A stretch of DNA of 64,000 bases from assembly GCA_012295275.1 (NCBI GenBank), contig CM022673.1, positions 7,192,001 through 7,256,000 on the forward strand, read 5' to 3'. Made by a program: the position numbers and the translations under genes. The DNA is from Chrysomallon squamiferum (Eukaryota; Animalia; Mollusca). The notes below the pieces were generated by a model. That model saw only the letters and a list, made by a program, of their open reading frames with translations. It made no database searches and had not been told where the DNA came from. This document shows, one piece after another, positions 1-16,077 of the stretch; position 1 is the first letter of the stretch, and the number at the start of each line of letters is the position of its first letter.

Positions 1-31
1 ATTATCATCATTATCACGTTACTATTATTGC

Positions 32-83
<52 letters not shown>
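1..83. repeat. (ATT)n microsatellite
   Basis: Direct reading. Confidence 0.85.
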
Positions 84-86
<3 letters not shown>

Positions 87-2958
87 ACTGTTGTCGTTAT
101 AGTTGTTGTTGCTGTTGTTTTTGGTTTTGTTACATAAAATAATTTTCGTCATCATCGATGTAGTATTGTTGTTGTTAACTTGGTTGAGATGATTGTCAGA
201 GTGCTGTTTAGTGGCAATAAAACTTTAAAATATTTATTTTGCCTGCAGAATTAGAATGTAATATATACCAGATATATTTAGAATAATAAATTTTTACAAA
301 ACAAAAATATATATATTTGTAAATGATAGAACAGTATATATTAAATGTAAACAATTACATAAATTATTAATTACCTATAAAATAAATAAAAAAATAAATA
401 AATAAATAAATAAATAAATAAATAGAAATATAATAAATATAATAAATAATATAAAATAAAATAAAATAAAAAGAAGAGAAAGAAAAGAATAAAAAAAAAA
501 AAAAAAAAAACCTTTGAAGTCTCTAAAAAATACAGAAATCAAAATATTTTCTTTCCAGAATCTATTTCTGAGATTCACCTAATAAAAAAGGATAGCTAAA
601 ACACTTATAAGACATTCAGATGTAGAATTAATGTATTTATGTTTATTTTCCACTGTGTCAACATGAGAAATAAAAGCAGTTAGAAGCATTTGTTTAAGTT
701 TCGCTGTGTTTCAGCACACGCAGTTATTGAACGCAGCATAATGAATTAAATTACCTCGGTAAATCAATATATATTGAGCTTAATATGATAGGGGTTAAGC
801 ACGTTTTTCGGTCTTGTCAAGACCTATACGACCTTTTACTGAAGGACGGATAAGAGTGTACAATTTGTATTAACGACTTTTTACCTTACCGTCCTGTTAA
901 TTTTAAAAGAAGAGCTCCTTTATTGTGAGAAAAAATCCTTTCTTAAAGGTCGGATCATTCGGTTCTATTTGTCTTAACGAATTTTATCAGAGCTCCGTTG
1001 CTGCAAGGATGAAATCTAGATAAGGATGGTTTTAGAGCTGGTAACCTCCCTTTAAATGCTGAAACAGATAAATTTAAGCTCGGTATTTCTTTAACAGAAT
1101 GATTTTTTTGTAAGGATTGTATGTAATATGAAATGAATTTTTTTATTACTTTGCTCTATATGCGATGGTCTTAGTTACGTTTTAAACGTACATATGATTT
1201 CTTCTTATGAATATTATCAAAGTTTATTTCCATATGAAAAGTTAATTTGAATAATGAATGAAAAAAACATATTTAATGGCATGCATTTTATTTACTAAGT
1301 TAGAGAGGCGCAAAAGCCTTCTTATTTAAGATTATTTTAAATTTTAATTGGTTATTTATTTATTTATTTGTTTTTTATGAAATTTATTTTCATTTTCTAT
1401 GTTCACTCTTTTATACGAGTGTAATTATTTATCAATTTTATTTCTAAGCATATGTTTACTGTGTCTCACCCACCTAAATGACAATTATCAATTTACATAA
1501 ACAATGTATTACGTTATGATTTACTGTATGTAACACTTTAATAAACAAATAAATTATCGTCATCGTCATCATCATCATCATCATACGGTACTATTAATCT
1601 TCAATTTTTCAGTAGGATCAGGTTATTCCAAGCAACAGAACTCTGTTACTGCAAAAGCCGGCCTTAATCCGTCTTTTATTGAAGGTTAAATCAGATGACG
1701 TAGTTTATCTGAACGGATTTAAGCATACGATCATGTTATTTTAAGAAGTGAAGTTCTCTTACTGGATTTTGACATTCTTAAGAATTGTTCTGACGTTGTT
1801 ATATAATCTCGACGAATTTTACAAAACAGCCATGCTATTTTCGGATTCAGATCTCTTTTGCTGTAAAGACTAAGTATTTCTGAACTTTTATTTAAGAATA
1901 GGTTCCGATGGCGCAATTTGTCATAACACATTTTACGAAACAGAGTTCGTTTATTGCAGGGACTAGATTTTTTTACTTAAGGATTCAGATCATGCTATTT
2001 ATCGTAAGGAATTTTGCCATAGGAAATAACCTTTTCTTATTATAACTACGAGATTTTTTTCTTAAGGATAAATGATACGGTACAATTTATCTTTACAAAT
2101 TTCTGCGTATGTCGATGTTATTCTGATAGTGATGGTTCTGTTACTGTTACGGCTTTGAATCACGCTAGAAAAACAAATGTATAAAACGTGTTTCGTGGAA
2201 ATAAAACATGTTCATATTAAAGGTTGCTAAATACACATAGTTCACTAACAACGTTATTTTATTGTAGGCATGCACGTTTTACAAATTAACTTTACTTTTA
2301 ACGAAATGAATTCAGTTATTTAGTCGAATACTTTTAAATACTGTCTAGACAGTATACACCCATTTAACAACCAGTTAAATACTCTTTTTTTTATGTCGTG
2401 AATGAAAGACACACCAGCAAATCTTATTTAGAAAATTAAAAGTGTTTCAGCAATAACGAAATAACATTTAAATGTTACCCGGCTTTAGCTCAATTCTTAT
2501 TCAGATTATTAAATAACTGCATTTGCATATGTAAATCTTTTTATGTATATACGACTGTGTTAGTGCTTTTCCGGGTGCTTACTTACTTCACCAGAAGCAG
2601 AAAGACAACAAAGGTTTATATACCACTCTGATAATGAATCTGGTCCATGATAAAAATTACTGAATAAACGAACGAATTAGTGACTGTCTTATTGACTGAC
2701 GGACTGAATGAATGAATGAATGAATGAATAAATGAAAGAATATATGAATGAATGAACACATGACTAGTGCAATATGAAATAAGACAATAACACACCTATT
2801 TCGATTTATTTATTCATCCACTGTTTTCTTCTCTCTTTTTTCATTTATTTATTTACCACTTTTGTTTCATATCAATATATTTATTTATTTACTTAATTAG
2901 TTAATTATATTTTTTTTTTTTCAGTTTACTATTTAAATCTATTTTCTTTTTTCTTTTT

Positions 2959-2961
<3 letters not shown>

Positions 2962-3017
<56 letters not shown>
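2962..3017. repeat. (CT)n microsatellite
   Basis: Direct reading. Confidence 0.95.
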
Positions 3018-3022
<5 letters not shown>

Positions 3023-3557
3023 ATTTAAAAGTAAACGTATTTTCCTACGAAAGATAAATCACGAAGATTTACAGTTTGCGAAATTAAAGGAATCAGATTT
3101 CTGTGATACGTAACGGCGAATCACATTTCATTGAACTTTATCCGCGGGATACGTTTTCTTTCAGAATAACGATTTCTTTTTAACTGAATAGTCGCTTTCA
3201 AAGAACATCTATTATCTTTGATGATGATGAAGCTAATCTACGCCCTGTTTGATGTGATCAGACAAAAAAAATAAAAAATCTAGTAAAAGAAAACGACGCA
3301 GTTGGAACATTTAATTGTTTAACTGTAAACTGAAAGGTAATGATTCTGTGCACAAAACTTTCAGTTTTAATCATACGGTAATCGCCAGCAGTGTCTGTGT
3401 ACCGAAACTAAAACGAGATGTGACTGTGTGTGTAGATATATGCATATTTGACATTGGTGTGTATTATTATATTAGTATGTGCTGATTCTGTTTATTTTCG
3501 ATGTCTTTTATCTATGCGTGTATGTATATTATTGTGTAGGTTGAATATGTATGTACG

Positions 3558-3604
<47 letters not shown>

Positions 3605-6478
3605 GTGTATGTAGGTATGTATGTATGTATGTATGTATATTTGTATATATGCATATAATATATAGATGTATTTACTATGCCAGTATTAATATTTGTATAT
3701 ACATGTGTATATGAATGAAAGGTTGTTGTTAGTGACAGTATATTTATATATATATATATCATGGCCGTAACTAGACTTTTTGAAATGAGGTAACAACACT
3801 TAAATTGGGCGAGCAGTCTGGGGACTAAATAAATACATTGCATCAGGGCAAGAACCGGACTAAGACTGAAACGCGTGAAAAGGATGATGTATGCCTTAAA
3901 TCATCAGGTGTTCGATAAACCTGTTTGATGTCTGATGTCTTTGAAGTCAGTTACGTCTTTCATCGCAACGATGTCGGTGGACTTCAAACGAATTCATTCA
4001 GTGCGTATCGTTTCAATCGGGATGGAGATTTATATTTTATATTTTTAAAATAAAATCTTTGTATAAAAAAAATCAAAAAAGAAATCTTCGATTTCGGTTT
4101 GAGTTATTTGCCGTATTTGCCTCAGTGTAGTTACGGCGATGTATGTATGTATACACACACACACATCTGTATATAAACACACATTGATTTATTAGTAGCT
4201 AAACTGTACGTGCTACTTTTATTTTAAAAACAGGCGCGATCTATTGTATATTTATTATCGTTTCATTAATATATGTGAATGAATGACTGAGCAATTCAAT
4301 TAATCTGCGAATTAAGCTTTGGAACATAGGTTAGTGTAAAAGTAACCTTCAGCTGACGATTGTTGTCGTAACTCAGTTCTGCTGCAGTCTCCACATTACT
4401 TGTCAAAGTGCTACGTTACTCTCAGTTTCCTATTTTTCTTGGAAAAAAGAACAGTCAAGTCCTTTGGGAAACGTTTTCATTCTCCAAATGTACTTAAAAA
4501 CGAACATAAAAGTAAACTTTGAAAATTTGATACTAATTTACTTTTTTTATTTTCTCTTCGTGTCAAAGAAAGCAGTGCAGAATAGAAAAATGTTTCAGAA
4601 TTAATTGGAAATCTCTTTTTACAATTTTTGTTTTCTTGCTTTTTATTAGTATCAATCGCCGTCATCTTTAGCGAAGTTTATTAATTAAATTTAGTTTTGT
4701 TCAACTGGGAATTACCTGTTTGAGAAATCTGTGCTTTATTTTTGAGAGACGTTAAATAAAAATTTAAAAAGGTATTGGATTAACTTGACAGTTATCATAC
4801 ATTAAAAACTTAATTATTCTCAAAAATGTGAATAAAAAGTAATAAATGGTGTTAACAAACATTTAAAAAAATTATTATTTGAAAATTGCTATCCACATGA
4901 GAAAACTCTTTGAAAAACATGTTTGTTATTTACAATAATCTTAAAGTGAAAAAATAAATAATAATGATAATAAACAAATGCATTAATTTATTTAGACTAC
5001 AACAAAGAACCAAGCTTAGTAATGACAGATAGACACTTTAAAACTGGAAAAAACCCATTGATTTAGTTCGTATTTGAAACAAAAGCATACTGTTTTATAA
5101 TAATATCTGTTTTGCATTTGAAGTGTTTCAAAGGAAATTTCTTTTTTGCACATTTAATGTTAGGTATTTAACAAATTTTAAGCAATAGCCATGCAGAAAT
5201 GAAACGTTGTTTAAGTGAAGTTTGAACACGATTCTATGATTCTATTCAGTAATCTTCAATCTTTCACATACGTAAAGTATTTTAATTTTGTCCTTTCTGA
5301 TATTAAATATTAAACTATAATACAAATAAAATACTGAGATGACACCGTACTGCTGATTTAATGCTTCTTTTTTTCTTCTTCTTCTTCTTGTCATTTTTTT
5401 TTTATTTTATTTTATTTTATTTTTTTTTTTTGTCAATTTTATTTTATTTTTTTTTTTTTTTTTTTTTTTGAATTGCTGTTTCGTAGTGTTTAATTTGGTT
5501 AGTTTATTTTACTTTCAACTAAGATACGTTTATTTTGTCTTAGATATCTGGTCTTTTGATATTGTCTTTGTTTTCGATCATAACTAGTTCACTTTCACAA
5601 TCACTTTTTTTTTTTTTACCCTATTTTTTGACACAAATGTCACAACCACCGCTACATTAACCCCCGTGAGCACAAAAATTAGCTGATCCAAAAATACTGT
5701 GGAGGCACGCAGTGACATTTTTAAAAAGCGAAATCTTCCAAAAGGGACAGTACGTTTTTGCCGATCTGTGATATTTAATGAAAAACTAGGATCACAAAGA
5801 TCAGGTCTGAAGATGTATGACATCGTACACGCGGCTGACAGTGCTTTAATGACGCTGCATCAATCACGTCAACAACGTCGAAATAAGCTTTCTTTAACAC
5901 GCGACCAATTGCACAAGGCTGCGCCCTGTATGCCTCATCATCGGCGACGAAGACGGTCCGTGACCTGATTACCGCGGGGCTGTTGTCGCTGTAGACGTTT
6001 CCCGGAGCAAAACGGCTTTCCCAGATATGGGTTGTCTCGAGAATACTGCGCTAATTGACATAACCGAATTTAACAGCGTGAAAAATGAGTTGCGTATTGG
6101 CAGATGATGAGTTGCCGGACAGGATTCAGCAATTACAAAATATCCTTTTAATCAATCACCTGTTTGTTTTCTTTATTTGATTGTTTGTTTACGTATATAT
6201 TCGTGTGTATTACCTCACCTTTGACTTCATGTATTCATAACAGTTAAAAAATGAAAACAATATTTCGTGCTTCTAATTTCTTTCTTTTATAAGTGTGTGG
6301 TCAGAATTTCCTGTATCTCTGGATTTCTGTCTCTTTCACACAAACCCACACACAAACACAAACACATATGCAGAGAGAGAGGCAGTTACTGAAAGACAGA
6401 CAGACAAAGAGACAGAAACAGACGGATAGAAGGGACTGTGAGAGAAACAGATTAACAGATAGACAGAGGGAGGGACAG

Positions 6479-6480
<2 letters not shown>

Positions 6481-6569
<89 letters not shown>
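6481..6569. repeat. (GA)n microsatellite
   Basis: Direct reading. Confidence 0.95.
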
Positions 6570-6572
<3 letters not shown>

Positions 6573-7221
6573 TTCATTATCAATCCATGAATTATATTTG
6601 CAAAAGTTAAAATAAATTAATGATTAAAATAAAACTTTAATGACCCAGAACTGATAAAATAGAAGAAAAAACCCTAAAACAAACAAACAAACAAATAATA
6701 ATAATAATAATTATAATAATAATAATAATAGTAATAATAATAAAACGTAAACGATCCTCTTGAGATATTTTTATTTGTAATAATGTTTTTTTTGTGTTTT
6801 TTTTACTACAAAATAATTTCATTTGAAATTTGATTTTTATATTTCTTGGACCGGTGTGTCGTCACGTAACCATGAAAACATGCAGAATTTCAGAATTCCT
6901 AAACAAATATTGATTTTATGCAACATTAAATTTCTTTTGCTAAAATAATTCGCAGTTTATGCAAAACGTCAGAATTTACATAGCTTTATGAAATAAAATG
7001 TTGCACTGCCACGCCAAAATCACTTTTTCACATGAAATACAACTGCACTAAATTTGAACGGAACTTGTTTTCAGTTTGTAAAATACTGAATTGACAAATT
7101 GAGTTCAGTGTTTTTCTGATACTTTTTTTGTTTGTTTTTTGTTTGGATGTTTTTAACCATTCCGTTTCGTGTACCTGTTTGGTTGTCTGACTAGCTATCT
7201 ATTTTCACTCACTAGCTTTTT

Positions 7222-7344
<123 letters not shown>

Positions 7345-7970
7345 TGTTAATTTTGTAAATATATATATTGTTCATTATTTCAATTTCTTCAAATGAAGTT
7401 ACATTCTGTCATCGAACAAAATACATACAAAAAAAAAGAAAAAAAAAAAAAAAAAAAAAATAAAAGAAAAAAAAGAAAGTGAAATATAAAAACACCATAC
7501 GGTTTATCGTGCCAGTTAATGAAACCTTCAGAAATCTCTGCTTGAACTCAACACGGCGGATGCAATCTCGAAGAGAGATCTTGTCAGCGCGGACTCAAGA
7601 TAAATTGCGACTGGGGAAGCAAAAAAAAAAAAAAAATAGAAAAAGAAAAACGATCAAGAATTCTACGCGTGGACATTCCTTCGTCTTTGTATTCTGACAA
7701 ATCTTCTCGACGTCCAAGGGCCGTTTTAACAGGCCGTAATATCATTACAGCGCCGGTTTACGCGGCGAGCAAATTGCCCGAGCATTCAGCAAACACACTC
7801 CTCTCGTTTAATAACAGTTCTCACCCTTCAAATGATATTAGCCACCGGGACAATCATATCAGACCGCCGATGGTTGTTGTCTTTGGACCGCGCGTCTGCT
7901 GAATACAAATATTATCCTGATCTCCGGACTAAACATTTGATGCGGTTACGATGAGCGCGATTTCCATGAC

Positions 7971-8002
<32 letters not shown>

Positions 8003-9328
8003 AACCCAAAACGAAATCGTCTCGTGGGTTCGGAATTTGTTTAAGTGGGTTAGAGAAAAATACGCCAACTGATGTCATTTGGCCAACACAATCGACCGCG
8101 ATTCGTTCGGTGTTCAGAGTCGATGCGGTGGTATTTCGTTATTTTGTCAAGAAAGAGAGAGAGAGAAAGAGAAAGAGAAATAAAAGAGATGTGATTTTAG
8201 TAGTGAATAAAAGTTGAAATAATTTGTTACTAGTAATATACGTACATGCATTAGATAATCTTTCATTAAAGTGGGTATTAGGATGAATGTGAATATATTT
8301 GTGTTTAAGAAAGAAAGCGAGAGAGAGAGAGGGAGGGAGGGAGAGAGAGAGAGAAGTAGTGATGTGTATATGTATACATGTGCGTGTATATCTTTGTGTA
8401 ATTATGATGCATGTATGTATTATGTGCGATGTATGTATGTCTGCATGTTTTAATGAATGAACATACATATATCACTCAGGAATCTTTACAAAAAGAACAA
8501 TTTCTTGGGATAACGATATGACGTATCACGTATGACAGCAATAAAATAATGAATTTGTATCTGACTGACATGATGTATAAATATGACAAGCACATTACAG
8601 TCTAATGTCAGTAATACGGTTCTGTATGACACACGGCTATTCAATACTTTTCAAGACTAATAACTTCTGTTACTGACAGGCTAATATCGGAAACATGTTT
8701 TCTAGTCATGTATAAACTCACGTGTTATCAAATACTGGTCTCAGTTTAATCAATGACTTTCACGTAATATTGTCGCTATTAACAGTTTGTTTGAATTTGT
8801 GATTATCTTTATGACTGTCACTCATACACTCGTACGTTCATTTTCCCTCACATACATGTATGTATTATTACACAACCCCTATATACCATAGTAATATTTC
8901 ATCTTAAAAAAAAGTAAGATTTAATTCTAAATAATCATATGGACTTTCCGTCCTAGTGATGTACTATATTTCCAACATTTCCATAAACGAGCCAAATTAT
9001 GCGACCTCTGTTTTCTAACTTTATTTCGATTTTATTCTGTCTTTCTTACTCTTAATATTCTTTCTTTCAAATTTTTATTTCTTTATTTTTTTTTACTATA
9101 AAGTTGAAAAATATGCTTCTTTTGAAATAACGTCAATATAACACGCTCCTGATTACCAAAATCCAATATTTAATTATTTAAAAGTAAATTTGTAGTGACC
9201 ACAAAGAATCAACATACGCTAATTGCTATTTCTTGTTCATGTAGAACCCTAAAAAAATACATGAATGAAGTAGCAGCTTACATATTTTACATGTTTATTT
9301 TATATAAAGTGTCATTATTTTATTTTTC

Positions 9329-9464
<136 letters not shown>

Positions 9465-9518
9465 GAAACTCTTGTTTTCGTGCTTTTTTTTAAAGAAAAA
9501 AAAAGAAAAAAGGAATAC

Positions 9519-9550
<32 letters not shown>

Positions 9551-9789
9551 ATTAAATAAAATTAAAAAACCAAGAGATAAAATAAACGAAATTCATGCTC
9601 AATGATAAATTAATTGTGATTATCGTTTGCTGATTATATATATCCTGTACTATTTCACTCAGAAATCGCCATGACAGGGGCGATGTCTGAGTGTTTTAGT
9701 CTTTCTTTTCTTTAAAATAAACTTTATCCTTATGTTTTTATTACTACTACTACCACTACTACTACTAGTACTACTACTACTATTACTAC

Positions 9790-9841
<52 letters not shown>

Positions 9842-9933
9842 CTGTTGTTTTTGCTGGTGTAGTGTCTATCTGTAGAGTTTTTTGATACATTTTGTCTGTG
9901 TGACTTGCTATACGAATTGTTTGTTTGTTCCAG

Positions 9934-10712
9934 GCTAAAAGTAAAATCATAATGCTGAAGGTACTGAGGGAGTTCAGAGGACGTGGTCAGACACGACGTG
10001 TTTCCGACGAGTCCAGCAAACTTCATCCTAACAAAGGGAAAGAGAAAAAGGTTCGTTTTTGACTTTTACATTTTGTTGCTACAACTCTTTACTTCTACTA
10101 CTACTTCTCCTAATAAATTATACTACAACTACTAGATTCTACTATTATTACTAATGCTACTGCTACTGCTACGTTGCGATTATAATGGTAACAGTGGTAG
10201 CAGAAGCTTAGCTATTAACTGTATCATTTTACGAATATTTTTGATATTTAGATTTACTTCTGAAACTAACCTTTATCGTATTATAATTTGTTTTCAAAAT
10301 CATCGTCTTTTATTATAATTATTATTATTATTACATTGTATCATAATTATATTTTACTTATTTTTACTGTATTAATTAATCATAAATTTTATGTATTTAT
10401 TTATTTTTATCATTAATTTTCGTTTACTGCTCTAATTTAGTCGCATTGAGTATTAATCATTAATTTTAATTCAATAACATTTTGCAATCACATACATCTT
10501 TTGACTATGTATCTCCACATCACACATGTATGTGAAACAAAACAGAAAATGAAAATACAATATCAGATTCTATTTTTGATTATTTCTTTTCTTTGTAGAT
10601 AGGACATTTCTTATTTCAAAAGGTATATTACATTTTATAAGAAATGATATTATGGTTCATTTACTGAAAAGGAATAGAAAATTATTTCTGTTCGTCTTTT
10701 TAAAATATTTCA

Positions 10713-10768
<56 letters not shown>

Positions 10769-11727
10769 AACCACATATAATTAGCATAATGCTCTAATTT
10801 GGGTGTAATATTCTAAAACTAAACAGACAATTAATAAATTAGGTGCTTCATCTAAAAACGAGCTACAAACATTACTTACTGTCGTATTATGTTTTTAACA
10901 AGAGTTTCCAAAAACCAAGAAGAATCTTTTTAACAACTATGACTTTCCTAGGTTGAAATTGTTTAATTTAACCTGGCATCTTGATTCAGATTTCTCTCGT
11001 TATTCAGCAGGACCCGGAGATTCAGAGCGACAAGGACGAGTCGGACGAACACAGCTCAGTGGAGCCGCAGCCGGTGAGCAAACTCCAGCGAGCAAGGACC
11101 AAGTTCATCATTCTGCATTACTCACCGTTCAAAGCCGTCTGGGACTGGATCATTCTGCTGCTGGTGCTGTACACGGCGGTGCTGACGCCGTATTCTGCAG
11201 CGTTCTTGCTGAACGAGGACGAAATCAAAGTGAAACTGAATCAAGACTCGGAAACTCGCAAGCAGAATGCCCAGGTAGAGTTACGTTCTGATTTAAAGTG
11301 TACGTATTGCGGTACGGCTGGATGGCGAAAATGATGGTGATGCATATGATGACGATGATGATGATGATGATGATGATATCAGTGATGATGATGAGGAGGA
11401 GGAGGAGGAGAAGGAGAAGGATTACTGGTTTTGTTAGCATTACAGTTTATTAAGTGCTCTCAGAAAAACAATCTTTTCGTTATGAAATAATTTAAATGAT
11501 AATGTTAATAGAATATAGCAAAATAAAAGAGGTGAAAAGAGAGGTAAAGGATAGAAAAGATTACAAAATACATATAGGTGATGCATAAAATGAATTACAA
11601 AAAGCTATATATAACAAAATATCGCATTTACGTTTAGTTTTTTATTTATTTATTTTATTGTTATTATTTACACATAATCGTGGTAATTTACGTTTTACAA
11701 TAAATAAATAAGTTTCTGTAAGTGAAT

Positions 11728-11814
<87 letters not shown>

Positions 11815-12121
11815 GGATGGATACCTGTGAAAAGAAGGCTTGAAAAAGAAAATGGAAGACATTATTAAGTCTGTTGTTGTCAACGTAACACTGTTGACGT
11901 GTTTCCTGACGTAAATCAAGAATGTTTCTAAATGAGAAACAATGTCTGTCTGGTTATTTCCTGTGTCTGTCACTCTTTCATGATTTAGCTAGAGACATCA
12001 AGTGGTCACAATTAAATCACTTAAGGCTTTGCCCTTTTTACTTTATTGGTTTCTGTTCTTTAATTTTGTTTTCTTCTCTTTTTTATGTGTGTTTGTGTGT
12101 GTTTCTTTTTCCTACTTAAAA

Positions 12122-12159
<38 letters not shown>

Positions 12160-13473
12160 TCTGTTGGTTTCTTAAAACATTTGATTTTAAAATTAACAGA
12201 TTTGTTGGGGGTTTTTTTTCCTTGTTTGGCATTGTTTTTTAGTTGTTTTTATTATTTATTTATTTATTTATTTGTTTATTTGTTTATTATTATAAATTAT
12301 TATTATTACTTTGTTTTATTTAACTGAATTTTTGTTTTAATTTAGCACTGATTTTTTCTCTCTAATATGTTGGAAAATAAATAAATTTTGAAAGAAAGAA
12401 TAATGTTAATATTAAACAATTTTCTACATACATTATAATTCGTCATTTATTGTTTTCCAGGCTGGGCATGCTGACCCTCTCGTCATCGTGGACCTCGTCG
12501 TCGACATCATGTTCATCGTCGACATTCTCATAAACTTCAGGACGACGTTTGTTCAGAATGGCGAGGTTGTCAGCGATCAGCAACAGATCGCCTTCAACTA
12601 CATCAAAGGCTGGTTCGTTATCGACACCATTGCTGCTATTCCGTTCGATCTTCTGCTGTTTGGATCGGGAACCAGTGACGTAAGTTCCGACAGTTTCCTT
12701 ATCACAGATTCCAGAACTGCATACACAAACACAATTTTGTTACTTGACAAATGTTAGTAATGCTAAAGAGACACAATATCCACTATTACAATTCACAGAT
12801 TTTACTGAGGGTTAATAATGCATGTTTATTTTTTTATTGCGTACTCAGTATATGTCCTTTTGCATTTCTTCGGTCAGTAAAGAGTCACAATATTCATCAG
12901 GATTATAATTCATAGATGTTACTGTCGGTTAATATATGGCTTATTTTTCTACAACGTACTCAATATAAGCCATTTTGCAAATCTTCAGTCAGCATTTTTG
13001 TGTAACAATTCTGAGGTTATTACGACTTGCTTATTGCTGGAAGGTCGAAATTGTTCATTTGTCGTGCCTCTTGTCAGCATCTCTAAGTCTGACTTATTAA
13101 CTCAAACCACAAATTTAAAGAATACGTAATTATAGACAATTTTGTCAAAAACCACTGCAAACATTTGTTCATAATTTCTTTATATATAGAACTGATTATT
13201 ATCATCATCATCATATTACTATTATTATTTATTTATTTATTAATTAATTTATTTATTTATCTATCTATTCATTTATTTATTTACTTATTTTATTTTATTT
13301 TTTCTTGGGTGAAGTTTTGTTAAATTATATTCATGCAGTCTTATTCGACAATGGAAATAAGAAGTGAAAATCTATTCATATGTAAAATAAAAAATGAATA
13401 TTTTTTTCAAACGAGCTACAGAACTGCAGCAATAGCAGCATGATGTAAATCGTGACTGTGACTGATATATAGC

Positions 13474-13505
<32 letters not shown>

Positions 13506-14845
13506 CAGCAGCAGCAGCAGTAACAGGCTGTAGCAGTAGCAGCAGTTGTAGCAGTAGTAAAAGTAGTTGATGTTATTGTTACTGCTGTAGTAATAAAGGC
13601 TAAAATATTCTAACGTTTTAATCATATTCAGATTCACCATTTGGAAACTATTTTCAGAACTTTATATTGGTTCTTTCTTTCCTTCTATACTTTGTTTAAC
13701 ATTTTACATTATCAGCCTCATTTATTCATGTACACTGTACTTTGCTGCATGTTTCTATTTATTCTTGCTGGTAGACTTAATAAAAAAACAAAAACACTTT
13801 CTAAAACTGGAAAAGGAGAGAGAGAGAGAGAGGAGAAAAAAAATAATAACCTCTAAGTGACGAACAGCTCTGAAAGAACGCACGACATTCTGAGGTTAAA
13901 ACTTTGACAACTTAAATGAGCCGAAGAACAGGCTTTAACGATCCAACAGCTTTCTGGAAGTTTCCGTCGACCAGTAATTGTTCAGACTCGACATATATGA
14001 CGTTGCTGGTTGCGGTGTTTCGGTAGGGGAGCTGTGTCTGTCGGCGAGCTGACCAATCACGCAATTGGCCGTTCTGTTACGGACCATACGCCTAAAACAT
14101 GAGAGTGAATGCAGGGAATTAAATTAGCTAAATGGAGTTGGTAGAAACAGTCGACAGCACAAATGTTTGATTTTGCTTTGCAGGGTGTAGTCCAAATGGA
14201 ATTCCTTCTTCACGATCAGAAAATATAATTATTTCATTTTGCCAATATTTCTAAATTATTCAAAGTAATTATGTAAAGTAGGGTTTTACTGTTTCTCTTT
14301 TCTTTACACATCAATGGAATTTTTGTTCTTTTCATTTAAACATATTTTTGGAAAAAATTTAATTGATAAATAAAGAATGAAGAAAGAAAAGAAAATCTTT
14401 ATTAGTTGTTTTTGTGTGTGTGTGTGTATTTTTTTCAGTAATTGATTAATTCTGTTTTAAAAGCAATTTTATTTTAATTTTATTATTCTGTTATTATAAA
14501 TATAATTTTTTTATTTTTGAAATTTAATTGTTATCAAGATCAGAAAAATGAAATGTTACGAAAATGCTGACGTATAAAAAACAAAAAACAAAACAAATAA
14601 AATAAAATAATTACTGATTTCTACTTACAACTCGCAAATGTTAATTAAATGTACAAGTGATTTCTTTATTTCTTTTTCTTTTTTACTTAATTGCTTGTAT
14701 GTCTGCATTAATGTAACTGACAATTTGTGTATGTGTGGCAGTGGGAGTGGATAGTTGTATGCATATATAAATTTGTATGTCTGATAAAGATGTATATAAT
14801 TTGTATGTACTGATAGAGATGTGTGTGTGTATGTGTATGTACGTA

Positions 14846-14878
<33 letters not shown>

Positions 14879-14883
14879 GTATG

Positions 14884-14968
<85 letters not shown>

Positions 14969-16029
14969 CAACGTATTTTTATATATCTAACTACGTCGAT
15001 GGTCTTTTATATGCAGTTGTATATTCTTGTGTAGTTTTCGTCTGATGCTTTCAAAGAATACGTCTTTAATCCACTAAGTTGTCAAAACGACATTTTACAC
15101 GACTAACGTCCAAACCTTTAAATCTGCTGGCATCTAGGTTTACGTTACCGCTGCCAAAGTGGCGTAAATCAAGGACGAATAGTGGCCTTTTATGTTTACT
15201 GTTGAATATTTAATTACTTGACGCCATAAAAAACAGAGAACGATTTGATTCGGTGACAACTTGCAAATGCATCGGTGATAGGAACCCACCAGAGCGTAAG
15301 TAAAATTCAGCAAGTTTGCCTTAGCGGGAGAGTAGCATTTTCGTGATTGCGGATTGCGATGGACAATTTGCATGTTATTTTAGGAGCGAATTCGTCGTTT
15401 CAGCATTTTATTTAGCACTGAGAGGTCAGTCGCTGATAGCTCTGTGTGTGTTCGGTAGCAGTTTAGAGTAAGACTAAAAAATATTATCGGTTTTAGTTTC
15501 CAATCGTCGTAATGGATTTCTTGGTTTTAAGGTGTTCCTTCTGGTTTGTTGCAGTTACTGGTATTTGTTATTTATTTTTGAAAATAGAAAAAGAACATGA
15601 AGTGGAGGAGGGGAAGAAAAAAGAAAACTTGGTTTAAAAGACAGTGTTTCCAGCACAAAAAAAAAAGAAGATAAAAAATAAAAGAAAGAAAGCTTCCATT
15701 TGTAATCTTTTAAGGAAACCGATGATTTTTTTCTGTTACTGTCACTTTAACACTAATAGCATTACTACTACTACTACGTATTGTCGTTGTTACATCCTCA
15801 AGGTAATCCTATGATCATGACGACTACCTCAACCACAGTCACCACCACTACCACTCGTACCACAACGTTTTCTGCTATTACTATTTCCATTACTATAGCT
15901 ACCATTATATAGTAGTAAAGTATTTATATATTACGTATATAATAACAGTTTTTTATGATGACATCGACGATAATATGACGATAACGATTATGATGATGAT
16001 TATGATGATGATAATGATAATAATAATAA

Positions 16030-16077
<48 letters not shown>

